Positions 14,448 through 27,213 of a stretch of 64,000 nucleotides of DNA are shown here, piece after piece (positions within the stretch are counted from its first letter, which is position 1; each line of letters opens with the position of its first letter). The stretch is from assembly GCF_009914755.1 (NCBI RefSeq), contig NC_060926.1, one strand, 5' to 3'. This DNA comes from the human T2T-CHM13v2.0 reference genome, Homo sapiens. Both the position numbers and the translations under genes were made by a program. The notes under the pieces are model-generated. The model was not told where the DNA came from. It saw nothing but the letters and a program-made list of their open reading frames with translations, and did not search any database.

Positions 14448-14782
14448 CAGCAGTTCCCAACCTTTTTGGCACCAGGGACCAGTATTGTGGAAGACAATTT
14501 TTCCATGGACCAGGAGATTGTGGGGATGGTTTCAGGATGAAACTTCTGCCTCAGATCAGGCATTAGATTATCATAAGGAGCACATAACCTAGATACTTCA
14601 CTTGCACAACTCACAATAGGGTTTACACACCTATGAGAATCTAATGCCACCGCTGATCTGACAGGAGGCGGAGTTCAGGCAGTAATGCTCACTCACCGGC
14701 TGCTCACCTTCTCTTGGGCAGCCAGGTTCCTAACAGGCTGTAGATCAATACCAGTCCACGACCCACGGGTTGGGAACCCCTG
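14448..14782 (+). mobile_element. MER1B hAT-Charlie MITE
   Basis: TIRs cagcagttcccaacc...ggttgggaacccctg; 8-bp TSD gtataggg (14440-14447) / gtacaggg (14783-14790). Confidence 0.9.
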
Positions 14783-14876
14783 GTACAGGGAACTCCTTTG
14801 TTTTATTTCTTGTAACTGCATGTTTATTTATAATTATCTCAAAATTATGAAGTTAAAAACAAATAATACAGGACAG

Positions 14877-15260
14877 TTTTTTCAGTTTAGCCATTTTAAT
14901 AGATGTGTAGTGACATCTCATTGTGGTTTTTAATTTGTGTAACTTGCACTTATTGGTTTTCTAAATATCTTCTTTGGTAAAGTGTCTTCAGATTTTATAT
15001 CCACTTTTTTAATGATCATTTTCTTATTATTGAGTTTTGAGAGTTAAAAAATATATCATTTGAAAAGATCTTATCAAATATGTGTTTTGCAAATATTAGC
15101 TCAGCCTATGGCTTTTCATTTTCTAACTCAGTGTTTTTTAAAAAGAAGAAATTTTAATTTGATGCAGTTCAATTTATTGATTACTTATCTTTTGGATGAC
15201 CCTTTTGGTATTATATCTAAGAACTCATTGTTTAACCCTAGGTTACAGAGATTTTATTCA
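14877..15260 (-). mobile_element. L1M ORF2 fragment (inverted segment)
   Basis: ttagccattttaatagatgtgtagtgacatctcattgtggtttttaattt is antisense L1 ORF2 C-terminal region. Confidence 0.8.
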
Positions 15261-16381
15261 TACAAAGTGTTGGTAAAGATAGGAAAGAAATAAAACTGAT
15301 ACAATGCTGGTGGAAAGGTAAAATGTGACAACCTCATGGAAAATATTTTTGGAGTTTATAAAAATGTTAGCATATTCCTATTATATGACTTAATCATACC
15401 ACTCCTCAGTATTTACCCAAGAGAAAGAAAGCTTGCAGGCACGCAAAGACTTGCATGTGTATACAATTTGTCAGAATCAAAATGGAGCCACTAATGTCAG
15501 GAAAATCCTGACATAGAGCCACGGAAGGCTATGAAGAGGGAGTTCTCACGTTTGTATGCCTGATAAAGAACAAGATTACAAAAACCACAACCTTGTACAA
15601 AGGCCATTGCAACCTTACAAAAAGAAAAAAAAATACTTCTGCAAAGACATTTGCCCAGCAACTGCCTGTCTAACCTGGGACTAGTGTCACCCTTCTTATT
15701 AATCCTTGTAGTTAAGGGTAATTATTTCAAAAACAATTATGTAATCCTCCTAGTTTTTTTCTTTAAAAAACTCTGTCTTTCTTTACCTCCCTGAATACAC
15801 ACATAATTTACTATAACATGTGTATTCCCATTGCAATGCTCTAGTCACAAATAAACACCATTTACTTTTTCAGAGAACTTCTCTCTGTTATTTAAATTGA
15901 GACGCATATGCTCACAGCAGCTTTATTTTTAATAGCCCGAAACTGGAAACAACCCAAATTTCCACCAAGAGGAGAATGAGTGTACAAATTGGGGTATATC
16001 CATAGAGTGATATACTACTAAACAATAAACAAGGATGAAATATTGATGCACACAACATGAATAAATCTCAAAATAATTATACTGAGTAAAAGAAGCCAGA
16101 AAACCTACACGTACATACATACAAGAGTAAATATTGCATGATTCCATGTATACAAAAATTCTAAAAGTGCAAACTAATCTATATTGACAGATGCAGATCA
16201 TTGGTTGCATGGGAAGGGATATAGGGAAGGGTGAGAGAAAGATCATGAGGGAACAGGAAGGTGGTGGGTTCACTCATTATCTTGACTGTGGTGATAGTTT
16301 CACAGGTGTATACGTATGTCAAACATATCAAATTGTACATGTTACATATGTGAAGTTTGTTTAATAAAGCTGTTAAAAAAA
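15261..16381 (+). mobile_element. L1M (ME/MB-like) ORF2 end and 3'UTR, interrupted by an LTR
   Basis: caaagtgttggtaaagat...ccactcctcagtatttacccaagagaaa; aaactggaaacaacccaaat; ends aataaagctgttaaaaaaa. Confidence 0.8.
15469..15902 (+). mobile_element. MER34-like ERV1 solo LTR
   Basis: tgtcagaatcaaaatggagcc...aaccacaaccttgtacaaaggccattgcaacc...aataaac...gttatttaaattgaga. Confidence 0.7.
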
Positions 16382-17964
16382 TAGAGCCCTCTTGCTTCTC
16401 CCTGGGCTGTCAAAGCTGCTGCTAGGGGAAATGACAGAGCCCCTGCCTACTTCCCCAGAACCTTCTCTCTTACCAGCAAAAGTCATGAGCCACTGCAAGA
16501 GGGACAGAAAATACTCCCGCTTCCAAAGCCCAGAAAAAGATTCACTGCTTTGTAAGAGAGGGAAGATGCCAAGGTCAACTGCCCATGAGGGAGACCAAGA
16601 AACCTTTTTGGACACATTATCCAGCGCTGATAGAAAGCTGAGGGAGGTCTGCAGGCTTTCTCCTGCCTCCAGCTTGCCCCAGAGCAAAGGCACAGTTTGG
16701 TGGGAGTGGAGAGAGGACAAAACACCAAGAAAGTCCCACCACTTTGAGTGAGTTCCAGGCTCACAAGAGCAGCTGAAGTCTGAGGCTAGTCTAGGAACTC
16801 AAAGAAACAAGATTAGTGTTGAACTTTCCTTCATTGACTTTTGCTCTCTGCCTGTTCTGGATCTACATGGCATATCTCTATTGATCCATCCTGGATTGGC
16901 AGGCTTTGACAAAGTTTCTACCAAAACTTCCAGCTATTGTTTTCTGGAGGATAAAGAGGGAAGGCCATGTTCCCTCATAGGATAAAGGTATGTCCATATC
17001 AAGGAGTGCCCAGTCCTTCCTTCGTCCAGCAACAAAGAGCAAAGTGTTGAATAGCAGAGGTACACAGTCCAGATCCTTCTACGTCTCACAGGACACGCTT
17101 CGTAGGTGGAGGAAATAAGTTATAAGCTTTCATCTATTTGAAAGGCTAGAAGCATTAAGCACATTATCTTTTTCCTCCAAATGGTTTTGGCAGGGGAGAA
17201 ATTATTATGGTTATTTTTCCCTTCTGATAATTTTTGGAACTAGTCATCAGTTGGGTAGACATTAATTTTTATTATTTACTAAAATAAAAGACATTTTTCA
17301 TCATGAGATATTTTGAAGTCAATTGCCTTGGAAAAAATTGCTACAATGAAACATTAATAGGCTGCTTAATATAAAATTTTAAAAATAGTTATCCTCATTG
17401 TTTATTGAGAGACATTTCTGTAGATTTTCCCCCTCAGAAGCATCTGTAAAACATTGAAGAATCATTGCTCAATTTAGAATGGGTTTCAACATTTCCCCTA
17501 AGATTGGAGTATAATAAACACATCATGTATTTTTTTCTTTCACTACATGTTTCCTGGAAAGATTTTGGCCATTTTTTCCTAAGGGAACATCAAATTGGAA
17601 GACATTTTGGTTAGAAGCATTTTAATAGTACCACCTTTTTTCCTTTTCTTCTGTAAAGAAGATAGACGGCATGAGTTAAATGGTAACCACCAGCTCTTTA
17701 CTGGATAAAACACCTAACTTAGGCTACAGTAAACAAGGAAGACTAACACAGTGGTAGTTATTTAAAGCTGGGCATGTAAGATTCCTGCTAATCTACAGCA
17801 ACTATAGGCAATGCCTCCTCCCACATTGTAGAGTTAGGAATCTATTATCACACCAAACAGCCCTCCATGCACCTGACGCTGACTGTGTCACACACAGACA
17901 TCCACCATCATCCGAGTTCAGTTGGAAGGGAAGGGGCAGCCCCATCTCTCCCTTCTGGTAGAGT

Positions 17965-18260
17965 GAGTATAAAGAACTCAGACTTTAGAATCAGACAGAA
18001 AACAATTGAGCTCAGCTTCGCTGCTTGCACTTGGGCTACCTCAGGCAAATGAATAACAATGACAACAATGAAAATAATACCTGACATTTATTGAACACTT
18101 ATATTTGCCAGCTTTTATAATAAACACTTTATATGCATTAATTCTTTCACTCTTCACCATGATATTATATAATCGCTTTTTCAGGAAGGAAGCTTGGACG
18201 GACTGGGTAAATTGCCCTACAGTACACAGCTTGTAAGTAGCAGAATGGCATAATGAGCAC
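17965..18260. mobile_element. Two MIR fragments in opposite orientation
   Basis: + piece: cagactttagaatcagacag...cttgggctacctcaggcaaat. - piece: acatttattgaacactta...ggtaaattgccctacagtacacagc. Confidence 0.65.
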
Positions 18261-18449
18261 TTTATCTGATGACTAAGAATGTACAATGACATCTGTGTCT
18301 CCACCAGGAAGAAGCTCTGTAACCCAGATCAATGGATCATCCACCATTTAAGGAAGAAGAAGAAATCTGGTGTCAATGGAGGTCAAAGTTGAGCCAGCCT
18401 AGCATGAAGCAAACGTGTTATGGCCCCCAGCATACCATGATCATAATAT

Positions 18450-18896
18450 TGTGAACCTGAATATCCAAGACAGGTCTCAGTTAATTTACAAAGTTTGTTT
18501 TGTCAATGTTGAGGACACGCATTCGTGACACAGCCTTAGGAGGTCCTGACGACATGTTCCCAAGGTGGTCGGGGCACAGCTTGGTTTTATACATTTTAGG
18601 GAGACATGAGACATCAATCAATACATGTAAGATGTACATTGGTTCCATCCAGAAAGGTGGGACAACACAATCAGGGAGGGGGCTTCCAAGTCACAGGTAG
18701 GTGAGAGACAAATCGTTGCATTCTTTTGAGTTTCTGATGAGCCTTTCCAAAGGAGGCAATCAGATACGCATTTATCTCAGTGAGCAGAGAGGTGACTGAA
18801 TAGAATGAGAGGCAGGTTGGCCCTAAGAAGTTCCCAGCTTGACTTTTCCCTTTAGCTTAGCGATTTTAGGGCCATAAGGTTTATTTTTCTTTCACA
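18450..18896 (-). mobile_element. MER4A-type ERV1 solo LTR
   Basis: TG...CA ends; ggaggtcctgacgacatgttcccaaggtggtcggggcacagcttggttttatacattttagggagacatgagacatcaatc; 4-bp TSD ATAT at 18446-18449 and 18897-18900. Confidence 0.9.
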
Positions 18897-19361
18897 ATAT
18901 TAAGGCCAAGTATGTAAATAGTACCCTTTGTTTCCGGCAGTATAAAGTCAGATCCCAAAGTGCAGTGGCCTAAGCCTGCAGAACAGTGAAAAGAAGTACC
19001 TGTCCTGGGAGGGCACAGAAAGAAGAGTGCAGGAGGATTAGGACTCTCATGATACAGAAGACTAGCTTCACTGAGCCAGAAATCTTCTCTCAATATTTAA
19101 GTCTTGTTATCTATATTTGATCAACTTTCAATATACATCAAGTTACTTAAAACAGAAGAAAAGATTTGTTTCCTTGAAAATAACAAGCGCCTGGTAAAGA
19201 GGAACCTGATTCTCGCATTATTGGTTGGTTCTGTTCCCCACAGCCTGGGCTTCCAAATACAAACACCCTTCAAGCTCATGACCTGATCCTTCTTATCCCA
19301 TTGTTCACAAGGGCAGCATGTGTCAAATTTTGCTCTGATATCTTATGAAATTGTTAACCAG

Positions 19362-19455
19362 CCAGAGTCCTGGAACCTACTCTCAAAGACTCAGATTTAA
19401 TATGTTTGGGTGAAAGCCTAGAAACCTGTAGCTTTAATAACTTCACAGATTCTTT
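19362..19455 (+). mobile_element. MER5-type MITE fragment
   Basis: cctggaacctactctcaaagactcagatttaatatgtttgggtgaaagcctagaaacctg. Confidence 0.55.
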
Positions 19456-20149
19456 GCCCATGAGGCCAGTCCCAGGAACATCATCTTTTGCTGCATGCTG
19501 GTGAAATGTACCCATGAATTCACACTTAGACACATGCTCACACTTACACCTGAGCACCTCCTGTCTCATCAGGTCGTGGGAAACTTTCCCAAGCCCCTCT
19601 TCTCTCTGGATTAAATCACCTCCACTTTTCACAGCCAATCCATTTTTAAAAAAACAATATTCTGGATGGGGGCCACAGCTCCAGTGCCTAGCAACTACTT
19701 CCAGCTCGCCGACATGAGATTTGTTATTCTCTTGAAAGAAGGCATTTAGAACTCAAAACACAAAATGTGGAAAAGTTGTTGGGATAGAGGAGGAAGAATA
19801 CTTCACATTTCTTCCAAGCCCCAACAAAAAAAAGGCAGAACACACCCATGGGATGACAGGGATTTGACAGGACAGCAGGTGTCACATCGAGGTCTTTGGG
19901 GAATGCACAGCTGTCCACGGGGCACCTGACATGTCTGACACTGGACATGATTTGTGTAGGCCCCACTGATGGAGATCTTACTACTAACATGGTGGGGACG
20001 TCCAGGAACATCAGTGAAAAATTGCCCTTTATATTCCAAACCTGTTAATGCTGCCCTATGTGACAAAATATGTATCATTTTTTAAAGTGGTAAGACAGAG
20101 GTAGTGGCAAAATTTTAAAAATCTTATTGATTGATTGATTGATGAGTAC

Positions 20150-20310
20150 CTCAAACAACAGAAATGTATTCTCTAGCAGTTCTGGAGGCTGGAAGTCCAG
20201 GATGAAAGTGTTGGCTGTTTGGTTTCTCCTGAGGCCTCGCTCCTTTGCTCTCAGGTCACCACCTTCTCACATGTTCTCACGTGGTGTCTCTTCTGTGCAC
20301 GTGTGCTGGG
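20150..20310 (-). mobile_element. MLT1 LTR fragment
   Basis: aaacaacagaaatgtattctctagcagttctggaggctggaagtccaggatgaaagtg. Confidence 0.75.
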
Positions 20311-20558
20311 TCTCCTTATGACTATCTTAGTCTCCCCTCCTCCCCTCCTTCTTCTTCTTCTCCTTCTTTATTATGGTAAGAATGCTTAACATGAGGCTTA
20401 CCTTCTTAATAAAACTTTATATATTTAAACATCTTATCGAATTACCAACTGTAGTGGGCTGAATGGTGACCCCTAAAAAGATATGTCCATGTTCTAATCC
20501 ATGAAACCTGTGAATGCTTCCTTACATGACAAATTATATGATAAGTTATGAATTTTGA

Positions 20559-20836
20559 GGCTAAGCACAGTGGCTCAGGCCTGTAATTCCAGCACTTTGG
20601 GAGGCCGAGGCAGGCACATGGCTTGAGCCCAGGAGTTTGGGACCAGCCTGGGCAACATGGTGAAACCCCATCTCTACAAAAAATACAAAAATTAGTCGGG
20701 CATGGTGGCATGTGCCTGTGGTCCCAGCTACTCGGGAGGCTGAGGTGGGGGGATTCCTTGAGCCTGGGAGGTGGAGGTGGCAGTGAGTGGTGATCATGTC
20801 ACTGCCCTCCAGCCTCAGCGACAAAGTCAAGTCAAA
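20559..20836 (+). mobile_element. AluJ (Jb-like)
   Basis: gcttgagcccaggagtttgggaccagcctgggcaac; tail almost lost. Confidence 0.9.
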
Positions 20837-20909
20837 AGAGTCTATCTTAGGTTACCCAGAAGGGCCTTAAATCCAATGACAAGTGTTCTTATAAGAATGA
20901 GGCAGAGGG

Positions 20910-21377
20910 GGCTGAGTGCAGTGGCTCACATCTGTAATCCCAGCACTCTCGGAGGCTGAGAAGGACAGATCATGAGGTCAGGAGTTCAAGACCAACCTGG
21001 TCAACATGGTGAAACCCGGTCTCTACTAAAAATAGAAAAAAATAGCCAGGCGTGGTGGCGGGTGCCTGTAATACCAGCTACTCAGGAGGCTGAGGCAGGA
21101 GAATGGCGTGAACCCGGGAGGCGGAGCTTGCAGTGAGCCGAGATTGTGCCACTGCACTCCAGCCTAGGTGACAGAGTGATACTCCGGCTCAAAAAAAAAA
21201 AAATTTTAGTTGGGCAGGGTGGTGTGCACCTCTTATTCCAGCTATTCAGGAGGCTGAGGCAATAGAATTGCTTGAACTGGGACCTGGGAGACGCAGGTTG
21301 CAGTGAGCTGAGATCGCATCACTGCATTCCAGCCTTGGCTACAGAGAAAGACTCCGTCTCAGAAGCAAACAAAAAAA
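20910..21377 (+). mobile_element. Three-arm Alu: AluS with an AluY-type right arm inserted in its A-rich linker
   Basis: Left arm AluS-type, then a right arm with AluY diagnostics and polyA (to ~21202), then a second AluS right arm. Outer TSD aaga(a/g)tgaggcagaggg at 20893-20909 and 21376-21392. Confidence 0.85.
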
Positions 21378-21689
21378 GAGTGAGGCAGAGGGAAACTTGA
21401 CAGACAAATAGAAGGGAAGGGCATGTGGAGAAGGAGGCAGATTGGAGTGAAATAGCTGCAAGATCAGAAATGCCAGCAACCACCAGAGGCTGGAAAAATG
21501 CCAGGCATGGACTCTTCCCTAAGCCATCCAGAGGGAGCACAGCCCTGTTGACAACATGATTTTAATAGAATGAAACCCATTTTAGACTTCTGACCTCCAG
21601 AACTGAGAGATAATAAATGTGCGTTGTTTAAGCCAACTGGAAACAAATACACCAAATAACAGGTATTAAGAATTTGCAGGTTTGGAAAA

Positions 21690-21845
21690 ATAGACATATC
21701 AGGCTTCAAGTCCAAACTCAGCTGCAAACCAACTGTGGGACAGTTCTCAGTTTACTCAACTGTAGAAGTAGGATATAACAGTTACCTCTTAGGGTTGCCA
21801 TAAAGATCACATGGGTAATCTGGAAAGCGTCAATTATTAGACATA
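21690..21845 (+). mobile_element. MIR SINE
   Basis: tctcagtttactcaactgtagaagtaggatataacagttacctcttagggttgcc. Confidence 0.6.
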
Positions 21846-22504
21846 ATAAATCATAGCTACCCATGAGTCCTACCTACCACAGTTTGACAGATAGAAATTC
21901 TCTACATCCCCATATGTTTCCTATACTTCAAAGGTATGTTTTAATTCAAAGAAAGCTTGCAAGAAGCAGAGATGTAAAAAGACTCTGTTGCTATATCTGT
22001 GCTGATCAGATCTTATGGACAGCAGAGTGGCAAAAAATTTATGGTATTTCGATTTGCCTGCATTGGAGGCCCTCTGTTGCTTCAAAGGGCAAAAGGGCAA
22101 AACTGTCACAAGAAAGGCAGAAAACTCAGATTCCTATGGTAAATGAATAGTGGGAAAAGCAGAAATAAGCAGGGCAAGATGGAGGCAAATAGGAATATTA
22201 AAAACTTAGGATGAAAAAAGTCATCACACCTTTCTGTATGACTTGCTTTCCTGATGTTACTGACAATTAATGTTTGGAGCTGGAGCTGAAGGAGAATGGG
22301 TTATCTGAAGTCTGCTGAATACAAAATACATGCATTGTTGTCTTTAAAAGATTATTTCTTCATTTGTTTTTGCTGTTCTCCTATTATCAAAAAAATAACT
22401 TTTTGATTGTTTTAAATGGGTCATTGTTTGGTGAGTTCCTCATCAATTTTAAGTACTGAACATTCGTATGGCTGTGCAAATATTAAGAAAGCATTTCCAC
22501 AAAA

Positions 22505-23350
22505 AGACAAGCAATAAGAGCTGGTGGGGTTATGGAGATAAGTGAAGAATCCTTGCACACTGTTGGTGGGAATGCAAACTGAGATAGCCGTTATGGAAAA
22601 CAGTATGGAGAGTCCTCAAAAGATTAAAACAGAACCAACATATGATCCAGCAATCCCACTTCTAAGTATAAATACAAAGGAATGAAATCAGTACCTTGGA
22701 AAGATATCTGTACTCCCATGTTTATTGCAGCATTATGCACAATAACAAAAATATGGAAACAACCTAAGTGTCAATGGATAAACGGATAAAGAAGATGTGG
22801 CAGTGCACACACACACACACACACACACAAACAGTATACTATTCATCCACAAAAAAAGAAGAAAATCCTGGCATTTGGGACAACATGGATGAACCTGGAA
22901 GACATTATGATACTTGAAATGAGCCACACACAGAAATACAAATGCTATGTAATCTCATTTACATGTGGAATCTAAAATGTCAAACTCATAGAAGCAGAGA
23001 ATAGAATGATTGTTACTAAGGGCTAGGGGTTCAGGGAAACAGGAAGATGTTGGTCATAGGACATACACTTTCAGTTATTAGATTGATAAGTCCTGGAGCT
23101 CTAAGGTACAGCATGGTGCTTATAATTAATAATATCAGATTATTCACTTGAAATATAATAAAAGAGCATATTTTAAGTTTCCTCACTACACATACACTAA
23201 ATGACAATGATGAAAGATGATGGTTGTGTTAATTAATTGGACTGTGGTTATTAATGCATAATGTATATGTATGTCAAATCATCACATTTTACACAATGAA
23301 TAAATACTATTTTTATTAATCTTTAAAATATTTTTAAATTTTAAAAAGAA
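22505..23350 (+). mobile_element. L1MA-type ORF2 end and 3'UTR
   Basis: atgatccagcaatcccacttctaagtata...ggaaacaacctaagtgtc...acatggatgaacctggaagacattatg; contains (CA)n at 22806-22829. Confidence 0.85.
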
Positions 23351-24298
23351 CTTAAATTTTTTTTTAAAAGACAGAAAGCATCTTCAAAGTTCTCAGATTC
23401 CTAGATTCCAGGCACTGGGAAGCCAAGAGACAAGACTAGTCAGTGTCCCACATTGACTCACTATCTCTCTTCTTCTGCATTGCTTTATCCTAGAACCTGG
23501 GGGCATTGAACTTCCAAACTCAGCAGCAGCCTACTCCAGACATGGCCACAGCCCTGACCTCAGGAATGATGTCACAGGCATTCCTAGGACAAATACTCCT
23601 CGCTAGCTTTGTGTTCACTTTGTTACCTGTCCAACTCTGTTTTTGTTTTTGTTTTGTTTTGTTGGTAACTCAACTGTCTAGACTCTTGCTTTGTTTTTAA
23701 TGATTGCATTCCAGCCTGGAATTCTAACTCTATTGGCTGAGTTCTGCATTTTCTTCTTGGCTCGGTTCTATGCTCAGTGATCTGGCTTCTCGGGGACCTA
23801 TCCCCAGAACTCTGTTCCCTAAAGTTCTAGCAACTTCCTGCCAGTTTCTTTGATGCAGACTGTCCACTTATCTGGTATTGGTCCCTAACTATCCCCCAGT
23901 TATCTTCTCTATCCTGGTGAGTTGGCAGGTTTTCTATCCCCATTTTGTTGCAGATTGAGCCATGACTATATAGCATGCTGAAATGCAAACTATTGGAATT
24001 GTATTAGGGTGAGAGGAAGCATCATTTTTCAGGTGCTAGAACCCCTTAAAAGATTAAGAGAGAGAGAAATAGATAGTTGATAGAAATACTTATCAGCTGT
24101 ATAAGGAGCATAATTTTGCTTCTAATTCATAGTTTATTTAATCAATTAAATCAAAATAATAGGAATTTGAACATGAGATGTCTTGGGGTGAAGAGAAGTG
24201 TCCAGGAAGTTCTGTGTTTGTGTGATATGTTGTCACATAGAGATATAAATAAACAATTAAAAATAAAAACCAGAAAGTTAGCTGTGGATGCCACACTG

Positions 24299-24302
<4 letters not shown>

Positions 24303-24348
<46 letters not shown>
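24303..24348. repeat. (TG)n microsatellite, about 23 units
   Basis: Direct inspection. Confidence 0.97.
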
Positions 24349-24350
<2 letters not shown>

Positions 24351-24564
24351 GGGTAGGGATTTGAACAGCAAGTGTACAGACCTGAGAAGTTAAAATAGGA
24401 AAAGGGTGGGGTGGGAGGAGTTCAGATAATACAGAGTTAGGAAGGTTGACAAAAGTGAAAACTTACTGCTTACAAATATGTATGGGTTTGTCTTTCTCAC
24501 TGCTCACTTTCTTAAGAGACCAGATCACATTTGCTAACCTTTTCATTAGAAAATCAGGAAGGTT

Positions 24565-25090
<526 letters not shown>

Positions 25091-27213
25091 ACAGCACATT
25101 GTACACTTAAAACTTTTTCACACCATCAGAAATGCTTGTAGATGAACTCACAATTCATCCACTACCAAGAAAGTTCAGTCCATTATCATACCAATCTACC
25201 ATTAAAGTAGATTGAAACAATCAACCTTCCATTGATGAGACAAAATCAACTTCACATTGGCTCTACTTCCTCCTTTTGGGACCATCTGAATAAGTGTGAT
25301 CCTTTCATCACATATTTAAGAGCAAAACTATGTTTCTCCAAAATCTTTTATCTCCAAGCTAAGTCTTCCCACTTCCACCATCAATTGTTATGTGGCATTT
25401 TCCTCTGCATCTCCATACGGACTGCTCAAAACCACATAAATTCCAGTTTGCCAATATTTTATTCTAATATTTATGCTAAAAATGAATGCATATTCTTCAC
25501 TCATGGCTTGATCAGGTTTAAGTTAGAGTTCTCTCTTTTTTTGCTGCAGATAATATTCCTGCATTTATGGAACCCGTGGCCAATTTCTTTCTGTCACATT
25601 ACCCCACCTCAGGTTAATATATTATACCTTCCTAATTAGGTGAGAGACAGATAAACCTTCAAGTAACCTTAGATTATTTTTAATTCTAAAATTATTAAAT
25701 TAATTTTATTTTGGATGTGAATGAAGAATTTTTCAGTTATTATTACTCAATTCAATTGTGTTAGAATCAGTGTGTTATTTGTCTGCCAATATTCCTTGGG
25801 ATCCCTATCTTGAAATCCTGCAGGTTCATGACCTTTGAGAGTTCTGTGGCATGCAAATTGGAAAAGTACGTCTTCCATGTTCTCATATTGTTCTGCCTAG
25901 AAAAATGTGGGATGTCGAGACAAAATGACTGGGAGGGAGACAATAAACACAAAATTCTACAGCTTGAGAAGATGCTATTGCTTCTTGAAGCTGGCTTGAC
26001 ATTTTCATGAAAGAGTAAGCAGTTTTTCTCAATTTTTTTTTGCAGGCTGCTGGATCACGTTGAAATAACTCCCTTTTTATTGTTGTCCATTCTGCAATCT
26101 CTTTAGCAATCTGGCTTTGTGGTGAGTACTACAAGAACCCCAGAGAAGCATGTAGGTATTATAGCTCAAAGACAGCCTTTGAGCTTAGCTTTTGAGGAAA
26201 GATTTGACAGAAAGGATATTTAGAGACTTGCACAATATGGATTTCAGAAACTCTTTTCATTCTCTACTGAGCCTATGAGATCAATCTATTAAGCAGTTAT
26301 GGTTGTTAAGATCACGATCAAGGTTTCCACTTCACTTTGCTTAGGATGACACAGAGATGGCATAACATGGCAGAAGAAAGACTAGTAATGTTCCATGTTT
26401 TAATTGCATCATTTGCTCATGTGTTTCTCCATTAAATAAACTTCTTTGCTGGAGGGATTAAGGAAATCATACCATTTGCAACATCAAAATTGATGAAGAC
26501 GTGATCCTTAATTTGAAGGGCTCATTTTCTGGCAATGAAGGCAAGTGTTTAAGCAAACTGTAGTATAATAGAGACCAATTTCAGCTTCTAACAGGAATTA
26601 TATCTTAAAGGAAATTACTATCTTTTTTTATTTTAGAGACTCAAAAATGGCTAGTCTGGGAGTTATAAAAAAACATGTCTCCCTCCTCCATTACCATTAA
26701 ATTCAATGACACAACCTCTCCCTTGAAAACTAAATCTAGTAGTTAATATCTATCAATTCCCTGAAATGTACTGTTATATTAAAAGTCATGCTCTCATACT
26801 GGAGTTCATCTGGGTTTTCCTGACACCAAAGTAATGACATGAAAAATATCATCATTTGACTGTTTGGCTTTAAGATGTTAATGTTATATTTTAAAGCATT
26901 TCTACTATATTTTAAGCTTTAGTTCAGTGATTGTAATTGCAAACAAAACTAAGCCTTTTGTTCAAAGTAGAAATAAATATCTGTGAGACAGAAAAATGTG
27001 ATTTTCCATTCTGGATGGAATCCAGTCTCACACTCTGTTTCTGACAATGGAATTAAGAATTATCTTTCATGAGATAATCATTGTCCTGCTGGACCCACCA
27101 AAACAGCACAGCCGCTGTGCTTTCAAATAATTGAAAATCAATATCTGGATATTAGAGAAGCTCATTTTTCATAAATTACCAAAGTTGCCTCATTTAAAAA
27201 GTTATAAGTAAGG

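Larger units (their letters stand above)
20450..21651 (+). mobile_element. MLT1C/D-like LTR with nested Alus
   Basis: tgtagtgggctgaatggtgacccctaaaaagatatgtcc...ccttaaatccaatgacaagtgttcttataaga...gacttctgacctccagaactgagagataataaat...aataca. Confidence 0.85.

Noticed and set aside
16373-16764. Three overlapping 93-119 aa ORFs in a GC-richer stretch
   Set aside because: No recognisable domain, and several start at non-ATG codons. The stretch may be an old L1 5' region but I could not assign it confidently.
25232-25639. 135-aa ORF
   Set aside because: Low-information AT-rich translation, probably over a decayed CR1/L3 remnant.
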